NCBI GenBank assembly: GCA_027619975.1
Contig: JAQCGX010000004.1
Span: 25,508-89,507 of the forward strand
Direction: 5' to 3'
Origin: Nitrospinota bacterium
Lineage (GTDB): Bacteria > Nitrospinota > Nitrospinia > Nitrospinales > VA-1
DNA length: 64,000 bases
In this document: positions 8,509 to 17,344 of the stretch, piece after piece
Layout: every line of letters starts with the position of its first letter
Numbering within the stretch: position 1 is the first letter of the stretch
Made by a program: the position numbers and the translations under genes
Notes under the pieces: generated by a model
Databases searched by the model: none
What the model saw: the letters and a program-made list of their open reading frames with translations, nothing else
What the model was told of the DNA's origin: nothing

Positions 8509-8537
8509 TTGACCCGCGCAAATTTTTAAGATAACAT
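8509..8537 (+). promoter_or_regulatory. candidate sigma70 promoter
   Basis: TTGACC-17 nt-TAACAT, about 95 nt upstream of the response-regulator start. Confidence 0.3.
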
Positions 8538-8632
8538 CCTATTCTCATGCAAGTTAATGTAAATTAAAAATTCACGTTAGCTTTTAAATCATTGATTGCT
8601 CCTTCACTCTCCCCTGGGAGGCAAAAGCCCTA

Positions 8633-9748
8633 ATGTTGAAAAGTAAAATCGAAGACGGAAAAATTCTCATAATCGATGATGAACCCGGCAACGTAAAGAT
8701 TTTTGAGCGCGTGCTGAAAGGAGCTGGCTTTAAAAATGTCACCAGCATCACCGATTCTCTCAAAGCGGTGGAAACGTACAAAAAAATCCGCCCGGACCTG
8801 ATTCTTCTGGATTTGAAAATGCCGAAGTTGGACGGGTTTGGAGTCATGCAAGCACTAAAAGAGGTGGAAACCGAAACTTATCTGCCCATTTTAGTTCTGA
8901 CAGCCCAGCGCGACGATGCCACCCGGCTTCTCGCTCTGGAGTCCGGGGCCAAGGATTTTATTTCCAAACCTTTTGAAATGACCGAGGCGCTCACCCGGGT
9001 CAGAAACATGTTGGAAGTGAGCCTGCTTCACAATGAAGCCCGTAAAAATAATATCGAATTGGAATATCGAGTCCGGGAACGTACCCGTGAACTTGAAGAA
9101 TCCCGAATGGATATCATTCATCGATTGGTCCGGGCCTGTGAATATCGAGATAACTCCACCAGCATGCATGGACTCCGCGTCAGTCATTTTTGCTCGATTG
9201 TGGCCGAGGAATTGGGTCTGCCTCAAGAGCAAATCAATCTCATCCATTTGGCCACTCCGTTACACGATATAGGACAAATAGGAATCCCGGATAACATATT
9301 GCGCAAGAAGAACGATGAGTTAAACGAAGGCGAATGGAAAGTCGTGAAACTGTCGCCGATCATTGGGGCGGAGATTTTATCGGGAAGTGATTCCAAGCTA
9401 TTGCGATTGGCGGAATCCATTTGCATCACCCACGAGGAAAATTGGGATGGATCGGGGTACCCTTATGGTTTGAAAGATGAAGAAATTCCCAGAGAAGGAA
9501 GGATCGTTGCGGTATGCGATAAATTCGACAAGATGGTCAACCCAAATTTTCAGAATCAATCTCCAGATTCAATAGACTCCATCGAAACGGCTATGGAAAA
9601 AATTGAAAAAATGAGCGGGACCGCTTTAGATCCTGAAGTGGTTGCGGCATTCAAGCGGGTGTTGCCGGAGATCAAGGAAGTGGCGGAACAATATCACGAA
9701 CAGGACCATGCGGCCACCCTCAATCAATTCCGGCCGACGCCAAATTGA
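8633..9748 (+). CDS. response regulator with HD-GYP domain (c-di-GMP phosphodiesterase, RpfG type)
   Basis: 371 aa. Receiver (ILIIDDEPGN...LILLDLKMPKLDG...KPF) followed by HD (LATPLHDIGQIGIPD) and HEENWDGSGYPYG (the GYP motif). Confidence 0.85.
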   Translation: MLKSKIEDGKILIIDDEPGNVKIFERVLKGAGFKNVTSITDSLKAVETYKKIRPDLILLDLKMPKLDGFGVMQALKEVETETYLPILVLTAQRDDATRLLALESGAKDFISKPFEMTEALTRVRNMLEVSLLHNEARKNNIELEYRVRERTRELEESRMDIIHRLVRACEYRDNSTSMHGLRVSHFCSIVAEELGLPQEQINLIHLATPLHDIGQIGIPDNILRKKNDELNEGEWKVVKLSPIIGAEILSGSDSKLLRLAESICITHEENWDGSGYPYGLKDEEIPREGRIVAVCDKFDKMVNPNFQNQSPDSIDSIETAMEKIEKMSGTALDPEVVAAFKRVLPEIKEVAEQYHEQDHAATLNQFRPTPN

Positions 9749-9972
9749 GCTGTATTTTCCGTTGTCACCAGAAAAAAAATATCTTTTTCACTTTTTCCCC
9801 TCATGAAGGCTTTGAACAGCCATATAAATCTCATCCAGCTTTTTCTCTAATTTTTTCACCCCAACGCTATTTCTATAAGTCATTATCATAAGCTTTGCAA
9901 AATGAGAAACACGGCGGATTCTATCAAGAGATCATGGGTAAACCCTGTGACGAAGAAAGACTTCCCAGTTTT

Positions 9973-10335
9973 TCAGGAAACCAGATCCCTGGTCGTTAAA
10001 ATCCCCACAATCTCTCCATGTTTAGTTACAACGAGATGCTTGATTCTTTTTCTCAGCATCAACTCATTGGCTTCGCTTCGGGGAATATAATAATCTTGTG
10101 TCAAAATGGGCTTTGTCATGATCGAGTAAACCCGGGTCGCTTGTGGGTCCAACCCCTCGGCCAATACCTTTTTGACCAAATCCGTCTTGGTCACAATTCC
10201 CAGATATTCGTCATTTTCTTTCACCAGAAGCGAGCTGATTACCTTTTCTCCCATTAATTTAGCGGCTTCCTGAGCGGTCGTTTGCGGGTCGACACTGATT
10301 ACCGGGGAGCGCATAAAATCACGAATTTCATCCAT
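9973..10335 (-). CDS. CBS domain pair protein
   Basis: 120 aa with two CBS-like units (...ISSLLVKENDEYLGIVTKTDL... and ...IKHLVVTKHGEIVGILTTRDL). Confidence 0.8.
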   Translation of the reverse strand: MDEIRDFMRSPVISVDPQTTAQEAAKLMGEKVISSLLVKENDEYLGIVTKTDLVKKVLAEGLDPQATRVYSIMTKPILTQDYYIPRSEANELMLRKRIKHLVVTKHGEIVGILTTRDLVS

Positions 10336-10527
10336 CTTCTCTTCTCCTTTTGATTACAGACTCTTATCAGGATAGCCGTTTTTATTGTCGGGAGCAATGC
10401 CAACTTACAGTTCCCTCCCAGGCTCCGGCGAAATCGGGCAAAAAAAGCGTTCACTGTCACGCCGGAGATTGTTGTAGCGATTAAAAACCGAGGGAAGACA
10501 AAAGTTCAAACGATTTTCCAATGCGCT

Positions 10528-11028
10528 TCACCGATAATTGGTAAACGTCATCGCGACCCCGAAATCCTTCTCCTTAAGCCTGGACATCGCCTCCTGAAGA
10601 TCGTCCTTATTCTTTCCCGTCACCCGCAACAGGTCGTCCATGATCTGGCTTTGCACCTTGAGTCCCATGCCTTTGATGGCCTTGGTGATTTCCTTGCCTT
10701 TATCCTGAGAAATGCCCTGCTGGACAAGGATGCTTTGCCGCACGCTATCGCCCGTGGCGGGTTCTACTTTGCCATAGTCAAGGCCCTTCAGAGATACTTT
10801 TCGTTTGACCAGCTTGCCCTGCAGCACATCGATCACGGAATTTAACTTGGAATCGTTGTCCGAGAGAATGGTGATCTTGTTTTCTTTTTTATCCAACGTG
10901 ATTTCGCTTTTACTGCCTTTAAAATCGAAACGCTGGCCGATTTCCGCCATCGCCTGATTCACCGCATTCTGGACTTCTTCCATGTCAATGACGGATACGA
11001 TATCGAACGAACTGTTCTTACTTGCCAT
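10528..11028 (-). CDS. yajQ: YajQ family nucleotide/c-di-GMP-binding protein (UPF0234)
   Basis: 166 aa. [34 protein letters not shown]... ending ...FTNYR is characteristic of YajQ. Confidence 0.85.
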   Translation of the reverse strand: MASKNSSFDIVSVIDMEEVQNAVNQAMAEIGQRFDFKGSKSEITLDKKENKITILSDNDSKLNSVIDVLQGKLVKRKVSLKGLDYGKVEPATGDSVRQSILVQQGISQDKGKEITKAIKGMGLKVQSQIMDDLLRVTGKNKDDLQEAMSRLKEKDFGVAMTFTNYR

Positions 11029-11386
11029 TGAATTCCTATCCTCCTTTTATATATGAAATTTATCTGTCTAAAAAAGCCTTAAAAAATACTTTTGAACAAA
11101 AGGCTGGCTTACATTACCATAATCGCCAATCCATGCCAGCCGGATGTTTATTGGCAATAGATACGCGGGCGTTCCCTTCTCCGAATTTCTCCGGGTTGAA
11201 CAAAAATGCCATTCGAGGTATAATTTCATCATAGGTTCGGAGGTGGCAGTCCGAATGTAGAACATCGTTCAAAGCCCACACAACGTTGAACTCGCTCCAA
11301 TACGTTGCGGCGGGAGCCTTGGTCGGCGAGACAGTCCAAAGGCAAGCCGTTCACCTTCCCCATATCAACAAGCCCTTTCTCAAGCT

Positions 11387-12064
11387 TTAACACATCTGTT
11401 GCATATAATCGTAGAGACTTTTTCCTTTCTCATCCCGAAAACGCTCTTCCGTTATTTTCATATCCTGAATCCTGTCCAGACGAAAATTACGAAAATCATC
11501 CCGCATTTCACACCACCCGGAAATCAGCCATACCGGACTGAAAAAAGCCAAACAGAGAGGACGAACCCTCCGGGTTGAGGCCTCTCCATCTTCCCGTTTA
11601 TAGCTGAATTCTACTATGTTTTTGCCGCGAATGGCTCGACGAAGAGCTGTAAAGTCGATGTGAATTTTCACCTCATTCTTTGAGGCCATGGAAAACAAGA
11701 AAGTTTCCGCTATTTCTTTTCTCAGGCTTTCGGGTAGTACCGAAGTGATTTTGTCGAGGGCTTGATTGGCGGCTTTTGCCAGCTCTTTATCCCCCCAGCT
11801 CTGAACCATTTGTGCACCGAGCATGAGCGCATCCAATTCTTCAGTATCAAACATCAAGGGGCGCACCACGTAGTTCTTATGGAGCATATAGCCCACTCCC
11901 GCTTCCCCGATGATCGGCACACCGGAGGCTCCCAAATCCGCAATGTCGCGGTAGATGGTTCTGACGCTCACTCCCAGCTCTTCAGCAAGCGACCCTGCAG
12001 TCACGACCTGTCTGCGGGCTTTTAAATACTCTACAATACGGAACAATCGGTCCGCTCGGCGCAT
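11387..12064 (-). CDS. YafY-family HTH plus WYL domain transcriptional regulator
   Basis: 225 aa. N-terminal RADRLFRIVEYLKARRQVVTAGSLAEELGVSVRTIYRDIADL (DeoR-type HTH), with a WYL-like C-terminal half. Confidence 0.8.
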   Translation of the reverse strand: MRRADRLFRIVEYLKARRQVVTAGSLAEELGVSVRTIYRDIADLGASGVPIIGEAGVGYMLHKNYVVRPLMFDTEELDALMLGAQMVQSWGDKELAKAANQALDKITSVLPESLRKEIAETFLFSMASKNEVKIHIDFTALRRAIRGKNIVEFSYKREDGEASTRRVRPLCLAFFSPVWLISGWCEMRDDFRNFRLDRIQDMKITEERFRDEKGKSLYDYMQQMC

Positions 12065-12104
12065 GGTGATTTCCTGTTTTTGATTTTAGTTTTACCATAC
12101 TGCC

Positions 12105-12132
12105 ACCCTACTGACAATATGCTGTCAGTAGG
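12105..12132. promoter_or_regulatory. perfect 11-bp-arm palindrome, candidate operator in a divergent promoter region
   Basis: CCCTACTGACA-ATATGC-TGTCAGTAGGG lies between the divergently transcribed WYL regulator and VOC gene. Confidence 0.4.
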
Positions 12133-12203
12133 GTCGTGAATAATGGGAAACATCAGTGACAGGCAATTGAGTTTAACTTTTAATGAATGAATGGAGACTA
12201 TTT

Positions 12204-12656
12204 ATGAGCACGATTCCCGAAGGATTCACTTCCATAACCCCATATATCGTGATGGACGATGCGGCGGCGGCAATTGAGTTTTATAAAAAAGCGCTGGGAG
12301 CCGAAGAAATAATGCGTTTTCCTACACCGGATGGTGGGGTGATGTATGCTGAGATTCAAGTGGGCAATGCCCGCATGATGATGGGCCACCCTTGCCCGGA
12401 ATGGGGAGGAAAATCTGCAAAGAGTATGGGAGGCTCCCCGGTTTCTTTTTATCTTTACGTTGAGGATCTGGAAGCCACCTTCAGCAAAGCCAAATCTGCC
12501 GGCATGTCGGTCAAAAAAAAGGTTGAGGACATGTTCTGGGGAGACCGCATGGGAACACTCACCGACCCATTTAATATAGACTGGACCATCGCACAACATG
12601 TTCGTGATGTTTCACCGGAAGAAATGCAGGAAGCCATGAAGAAAATGGGTTGCTAA
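12204..12656 (+). CDS. VOC (glyoxalase/bleomycin-resistance, PhnB-like) family protein
   Basis: The ATG at 12204 is preceded by GGAG, whereas the track ORF starts at 12183. ITPYIVMDDAAAAIEFYKKALGAEE...FWGDRMGTLTDPFNIDWTI is typical of PhnB-like VOC proteins. Confidence 0.8.
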   Translation: MSTIPEGFTSITPYIVMDDAAAAIEFYKKALGAEEIMRFPTPDGGVMYAEIQVGNARMMMGHPCPEWGGKSAKSMGGSPVSFYLYVEDLEATFSKAKSAGMSVKKKVEDMFWGDRMGTLTDPFNIDWTIAQHVRDVSPEEMQEAMKKMGC

Positions 12657-12667
12657 TATTCTGTAAA

Positions 12668-12703
12668 GCAGTCGGTGAAAATACATGCCGACTGCTTTTT
12701 TTT
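12668..12703 (+). terminator. rho-independent terminator
   Basis: GCAGTCGG-12-nt loop-CCGACTGC followed by T8, located 12 nt after the VOC stop. Confidence 0.6.
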
Positions 12704-12732
12704 AAATGGCGCACACAAGGAAATTATTATGA

Positions 12733-12953
12733 GGGCATCTCTAAAAATAGACTAAATGTTCCTAATCGTTAATTTAAGGAGATGGCTTTGTTTTAGTGGG
12801 ACAGGCGACCTACCCTTAAAGGTTATACGGAAGTGCGGAATTTAATTCCGCCTTTCTAGCCTGTCCGCACGGGCTAGAAAGCCCGTGCCACCGATATAAG
12901 AAATCTTGTGCAATGTTCGATTTCCCGTAATAAACTAATTTTTAGAGGTGTCC
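12733..12953 (+). mobile_element. MITE copy B (221 bp)
   Basis: GGGCATCTCTAAAAATA ... AATTTTTAGAGGTGTCC. It is flanked by ATGA (12729-12732) and ATGA (12954-12957); the right duplicate supplies the start codon of the next gene. Confidence 0.85.
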
Positions 12954-13304
12954 ATGAGTAACAAAGACAATAGCATCAATTATATTGAATTGCCGATGGT
13001 CAAAAATGCAGAGACAAAAAAATTCTACCATCATGTATTTGGATGGGAATTTACAGATTTGGGGTCCAATTATATCAGTTTTTCCGGGGCAAATATTGAT
13101 GGTGGTTTTAATGGAGAAGGTGACGCCAAGGTGTCCAGTTCCGGTGTTCTTGTGGTTCTATACGCAAAAAACCTCAATCAAAAATTAGAAGAGGTGACAA
13201 AAGCCGGTGGAGAAATCACAAAACCCATCTTTGAGTTTCCGGGCGGAAAACGATTTCATTTCCGCGACCCCAACGGGAATGAACTGGCCGTGTGGTCGGA
13301 ATAA
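12954..13304 (+). CDS. VOC (glyoxalase) family protein
   Basis: 116 aa from the ATG at 12954; the track starts at GTG 12948, inside the MITE end. INYIELPMVKNAETKKFYHHVFGWEF...FRDPNGNELAVWSE. Confidence 0.75.
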   Translation: MSNKDNSINYIELPMVKNAETKKFYHHVFGWEFTDLGSNYISFSGANIDGGFNGEGDAKVSSSGVLVVLYAKNLNQKLEEVTKAGGEITKPIFEFPGGKRFHFRDPNGNELAVWSE

Positions 13305-13321
13305 TTTTTTGGAGATGACTC

Positions 13322-13933
13322 GTGAAAAAGAAAAGATGTGCGTGGCCGAGCTATTCAGGAAAAGAGACAGAACTGGACACAAAATACCACGATGAGGAAT
13401 GGGGGGTCCCTGTCCATGATGACAGACTGTTATTTGAGTTTTTGATTTTAGAGGGAGCCCAGGCCGGCCTCAGCTGGACGACGATTTTGAAAAAACGGGA
13501 TGATTACCGTAAGGCTTACGATAATTTTGAGCCTGCAAAAGTTGCAAAATATACAGAGGCGAAGCAACAGAAACTTTTGCAAAACGCAGGCATTGTCCGC
13601 AACCGCCTGAAAGTGGCGGCTTCCGTCACCAATGCAAAAGCGTTTTTAAAAGTGCAAAAAGAATTCGGCAGTTTCGATAAATATATCTGGGGCTTTGTTG
13701 GCAACAAACCCATACAAAATAGTTGGAAATCGATGCAGGAAGTCCCTGCTACCACGCAAGAATCTGACGCCATGAGCAAAGATTTAAAAAAGCGCGGATT
13801 TAAATTTGTCGGACCCACCATCTGCTATGCGTTTATGCAGGCCGTAGGCTTAGTCAACGATCACACGACTGATTGTTTTCGGTATAAAAAACCGAAATGG
13901 TTTAAAAATTCCATTACCTCAACTAGAATCTAA
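13322..13933 (+). CDS. tag: DNA-3-methyladenine glycosylase I
   Basis: 203 aa. YHDEEWGVPVHDDRLLFEFLILEGAQAGLSWTTILKKRDDYRKAYDNF is the Tag signature region. The GTG start follows GGAG. Confidence 0.85.
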   Translation: MKKKRCAWPSYSGKETELDTKYHDEEWGVPVHDDRLLFEFLILEGAQAGLSWTTILKKRDDYRKAYDNFEPAKVAKYTEAKQQKLLQNAGIVRNRLKVAASVTNAKAFLKVQKEFGSFDKYIWGFVGNKPIQNSWKSMQEVPATTQESDAMSKDLKKRGFKFVGPTICYAFMQAVGLVNDHTTDCFRYKKPKWFKNSITSTRI

Positions 13934-13934
13934 C

Positions 13935-16900
13935 TTACAGGATCGACGCTTCTTTCAGCAAGAGCATACGTTTGCAACCCTCCAGCAGTTGCTCGGTGTT
14001 CTGATAAGAATCATTTTTTTTGAGGACGGCCTGTAAATGCGGGATGGCTTTTTGGCACCGAAGGGTCTTGGCGTACATCTCGCCCAGAACATATTGAAGA
14101 TGCATATCTTCCCTATCCACCATACTGTAACGGGTCGCATAATCCAGCACGTTGCCCGGCTCCCCCAGAGCGCGGTAACTGAACACGATGCTTTGCAGAA
14201 CCGGAATATTCAAAGGATCCTTATCCAAAGCGACCAGTGAATATTCCAACGCTTTCAAATAATCCTTCTTCATGTTGTAATACTGGGCTGCTGAAAGAAT
14301 CAGGCTTGGGTTTTCCGGATCTTTTGCCAGTTTCTTCAAGAGTTCGATCAGTCCTATTTCCTGCATGACAGAACTCACTTGCCGAGGGTCTTTTTTGGCG
14401 ACGTTTTCAAAACTTTTCTTGGCTCGATCGATTTCGCCCAGCTCCAGCAGATTGTATCCCATATATAAATCCGCAAAGCTTCGGTTGGGAGCGCTCTGGG
14501 GAACTTTTTCTAAAATATCCATGCTGTTTTTGTGTTGACCCATCTGGTAATAGGCATGGCCAAGGTTCAGCAGGGCTTCGATATTTTCAGGATTTCTATC
14601 CACTTCCTGGGCCAGACGGGCGACCTGCCGTTTTCCCGCCTGCAGGTGATAGCGAACGAGGTTATTGTCATCCGCCAGGGAAAGGGCCTTCAAGAGTTGC
14701 CCGCGATTGCTGTACATAACCCCGCGCTGATACAGGTCCATCATCTCATAGTAGCGTTTCAGGGCCGCGCGGTCGCTCTCTGAAAGATGGGTGATTCGCC
14801 GGGCAATATCTTCAAAGGGGGTTCGGTTAAAAACATATTTCTCTTTGCCCGCCGTTCCAATGGTGGCGTCAAGGTCGAGGTAAAATTCAATGCTGGGACG
14901 GTTGTCGGTGATCTCGTCATAGCCTGCTGAAACGGCTTCGATCTGGTCTTCAAGGAACCAGATATTGCTCAGAAAAGAATACGCGTTTTCTATTTCGATG
15001 TCGGCGAGAGCTTCCCGGACAACGGGTTCCTGCAACCGTTGTTGCAATTTTTTAAAATCCAGGTTGATCGGCTGATCCGAGCCAATGATGAGCATTTCGT
15101 TGGCAACCGACATCCAGGCGATCGCATGCGGAAACACGTCATGAAAGGTTTTAAAATGCATCGCGACTTCTTTTTCTCCCTGACTGTGCAACGGAATCCA
15201 TTGCGCCACGATGCCCCCTGGTTTCAGCCGTTTTTGGGTCGCTTGATAATATTCCCTGGTGTACAGGTTGACTGTAAATGCCGTACGCGGCGGCGGCGGT
15301 TCCGAGGTGATGACGTCATACTTTTTGCCCGTGGTCAAAAGATGGTTCCTGCCATCCTGTAAAATAAATTTAACCTTCGGATTGTTGAGCACATCGTGGT
15401 TCTCCGAGGCGAATATCTTTCCGGCCCGAATCACGCCGGGGGACAAATCCACACTGTCCACGGAACGCACGCGGGGATGAATTCCGGCGGCGCCGGTCGT
15501 CTGCCCCGTGCCAAAACAAACCACCAGGACATCTTCCGGCGCATCGACCAGTAAAATCGGGACGTGGGCCAGGAGCTTCATATAGCGCGAGGCGATGAAG
15601 TTCGACGCCGACATGGAAATCCCGTTGGTGATCAATCGCTTGGCCTCCGGGTCCAGGATGCCGTAATTGTCTCTGAAAACGGCGACCGTATCCGTCAACC
15701 CCTCTTCGAAATACATGAGCGCCTTGGGGCTGCGCTGTCCCCCACTGTCCCGCATGAAGAACTTGTCCAGCAGATTGTCTGGAATCGCAAAGTTTAGAAA
15801 AAGAATGGTGACGGCAAAAACGACCGCAAGCCCCCGGCGTATCGCCGTTCCCAAATAGGAACCCTTAAGAAAAAGTAAAACTCCAAGAAGCAGGTTCAAC
15901 GAAGCGACGAGCATCAGACTTTTTTGACTTCCCAACTCGGGCAGAACCCAAAAACCCATAAATAACGAACCGAAAATTGCGCCGAGAGTATTGGAGGCGT
16001 AAATCTGCCCGGTGCCCTTGCCAACATGTTCATAGCCGCCGGAAACGATTTTAATCAGAATGGGCAAGCTCATGCCAAAACACAGAGTGGGGATCAGCAT
16101 CAGGCTTGCGGAATCTACAAAATAATGCCACAGGGTGACGGCAGGGTCGGTCAAGCGATAGCTGTCCCAAGGCGCAGAAAGCAGGCTTTCCATATTGTAG
16201 AGAGAACCGATCACGAACAAACCGATCACGACTTGCAGGCAAATCAGAACGGTTCTCAAGTTGGTGACACGGGAAACCACCGGAATGACCAGCAAGCTTC
16301 CCAGGACGATTCCCAACAGAAAGACCGCCAACATCATGCTGAAGGAATACACCGTGCTGGAAATGCTGAACACCAGAAGCCGGGTCCACACCACCTCGTA
16401 AGCCAGAGCGGTGAACCCGCAAATCAAGCTGACGCCCATCCAGTATTTTTGTTCGCAGTTTACGGAAATCGAGGGCAAAGAAAATTTTGGCAGCCTGACC
16501 TTGAACACACTCCCGCCTCCCGAGTCCTGGTAAACACGCAGGGCGCTGACTCCAATAAACAAATTCACCAAAGCCGCCAGCAGGACCGTCTGCAAAACAC
16601 CCAGGACACTGATCAATAAAAATCCCGTGAGCAGACATCCCACCGCCGCTCCGAGAGTATTGATGGCGTATAAAATTCCGATTTGGGTTCCTAACCGGGC
16701 GTTGTTCGTCACATAGTATTTACTGATGATTGGCAAGGTGGCGCCCATCAGGGTGGTCGGAATAAAAATCAGCAGGAAGGCCAGAACCGCTTTAATTGCA
16801 TTCTGAATAATTATGGAATCCGGGAGCCAGACGTGAATCCAGGCATAAAAAGAGGAAAAATTCGCCAAAAGCAAGGACAGAAGACCGCAGATAACGAATA

Positions 16901-17204
16901 GCGCAATCTCGACCCATCCATAGATCAGGAGCGGCGTATGAGCCGAGCCTTGAGACGGACGGATATCCATTTCACCCGCCTTTTCAACGGGTTCTTCCCA
17001 GGGGCCGGGCAGTCTGTCGATCGCCGCGCCAAACAGGTAACTGCCAAAACCCAGGCCCGCCATGAACGCCGCCAGCACCACGGACACGGAGAATACCGTA
17101 TGTCCGAACACCAGGGTGAGCATTCGGGTCCAGACAATCTCATAGATCAGGGCAGTAATACCGGAACAAAAGAAAAGAAAATAGATGACCGGGGAACGTT
17201 TCAT
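13935..17204 (-). CDS. fused polytopic membrane / spermidine synthase-like / TPR protein
   Basis: 1089 aa. Two similar multi-TM halves (...ALIYEIVWTRMLTLVFGHTVFS... and ...ALAYEVVWTRLLVFSISSTVYS...), a class I MTase/aminopropyltransferase core (VLVVCFGTGQTTG...DVITSEPPPP), and C-terminal TPR repeats. Confidence 0.8.
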   Translation of the reverse strand: MKRSPVIYFLFFCSGITALIYEIVWTRMLTLVFGHTVFSVSVVLAAFMAGLGFGSYLFGAAIDRLPGPWEEPVEKAGEMDIRPSQGSAHTPLLIYGWVEIALFVICGLLSLLLANFSSFYAWIHVWLPDSIIIQNAIKAVLAFLLIFIPTTLMGATLPIISKYYVTNNARLGTQIGILYAINTLGAAVGCLLTGFLLISVLGVLQTVLLAALVNLFIGVSALRVYQDSGGGSVFKVRLPKFSLPSISVNCEQKYWMGVSLICGFTALAYEVVWTRLLVFSISSTVYSFSMMLAVFLLGIVLGSLLVIPVVSRVTNLRTVLICLQVVIGLFVIGSLYNMESLLSAPWDSYRLTDPAVTLWHYFVDSASLMLIPTLCFGMSLPILIKIVSGGYEHVGKGTGQIYASNTLGAIFGSLFMGFWVLPELGSQKSLMLVASLNLLLGVLLFLKGSYLGTAIRRGLAVVFAVTILFLNFAIPDNLLDKFFMRDSGGQRSPKALMYFEEGLTDTVAVFRDNYGILDPEAKRLITNGISMSASNFIASRYMKLLAHVPILLVDAPEDVLVVCFGTGQTTGAAGIHPRVRSVDSVDLSPGVIRAGKIFASENHDVLNNPKVKFILQDGRNHLLTTGKKYDVITSEPPPPRTAFTVNLYTREYYQATQKRLKPGGIVAQWIPLHSQGEKEVAMHFKTFHDVFPHAIAWMSVANEMLIIGSDQPINLDFKKLQQRLQEPVVREALADIEIENAYSFLSNIWFLEDQIEAVSAGYDEITDNRPSIEFYLDLDATIGTAGKEKYVFNRTPFEDIARRITHLSESDRAALKRYYEMMDLYQRGVMYSNRGQLLKALSLADDNNLVRYHLQAGKRQVARLAQEVDRNPENIEALLNLGHAYYQMGQHKNSMDILEKVPQSAPNRSFADLYMGYNLLELGEIDRAKKSFENVAKKDPRQVSSVMQEIGLIELLKKLAKDPENPSLILSAAQYYNMKKDYLKALEYSLVALDKDPLNIPVLQSIVFSYRALGEPGNVLDYATRYSMVDREDMHLQYVLGEMYAKTLRCQKAIPHLQAVLKKNDSYQNTEQLLEGCKRMLLLKEASIL

Positions 17205-17344
17205 GAAATACTAATTTATACCTCTGGCTTTCGTTATTGGAAAACCCCCAAAATAATTGACAATGGAGGCGGTATCAAGTAATTTTTTAATAGTAGGAAC
17301 TCATTGAAAATCTTTTAATACCCCCCTGATAGGGGTTTAAATTC

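Noticed and set aside
16026-16638. Two ~195-aa ORFs on either strand inside the giant SpeE-like gene
   Set aside because: They are out-of-frame or antisense to a continuous 1089-aa ORF with coherent TM and catalytic architecture.
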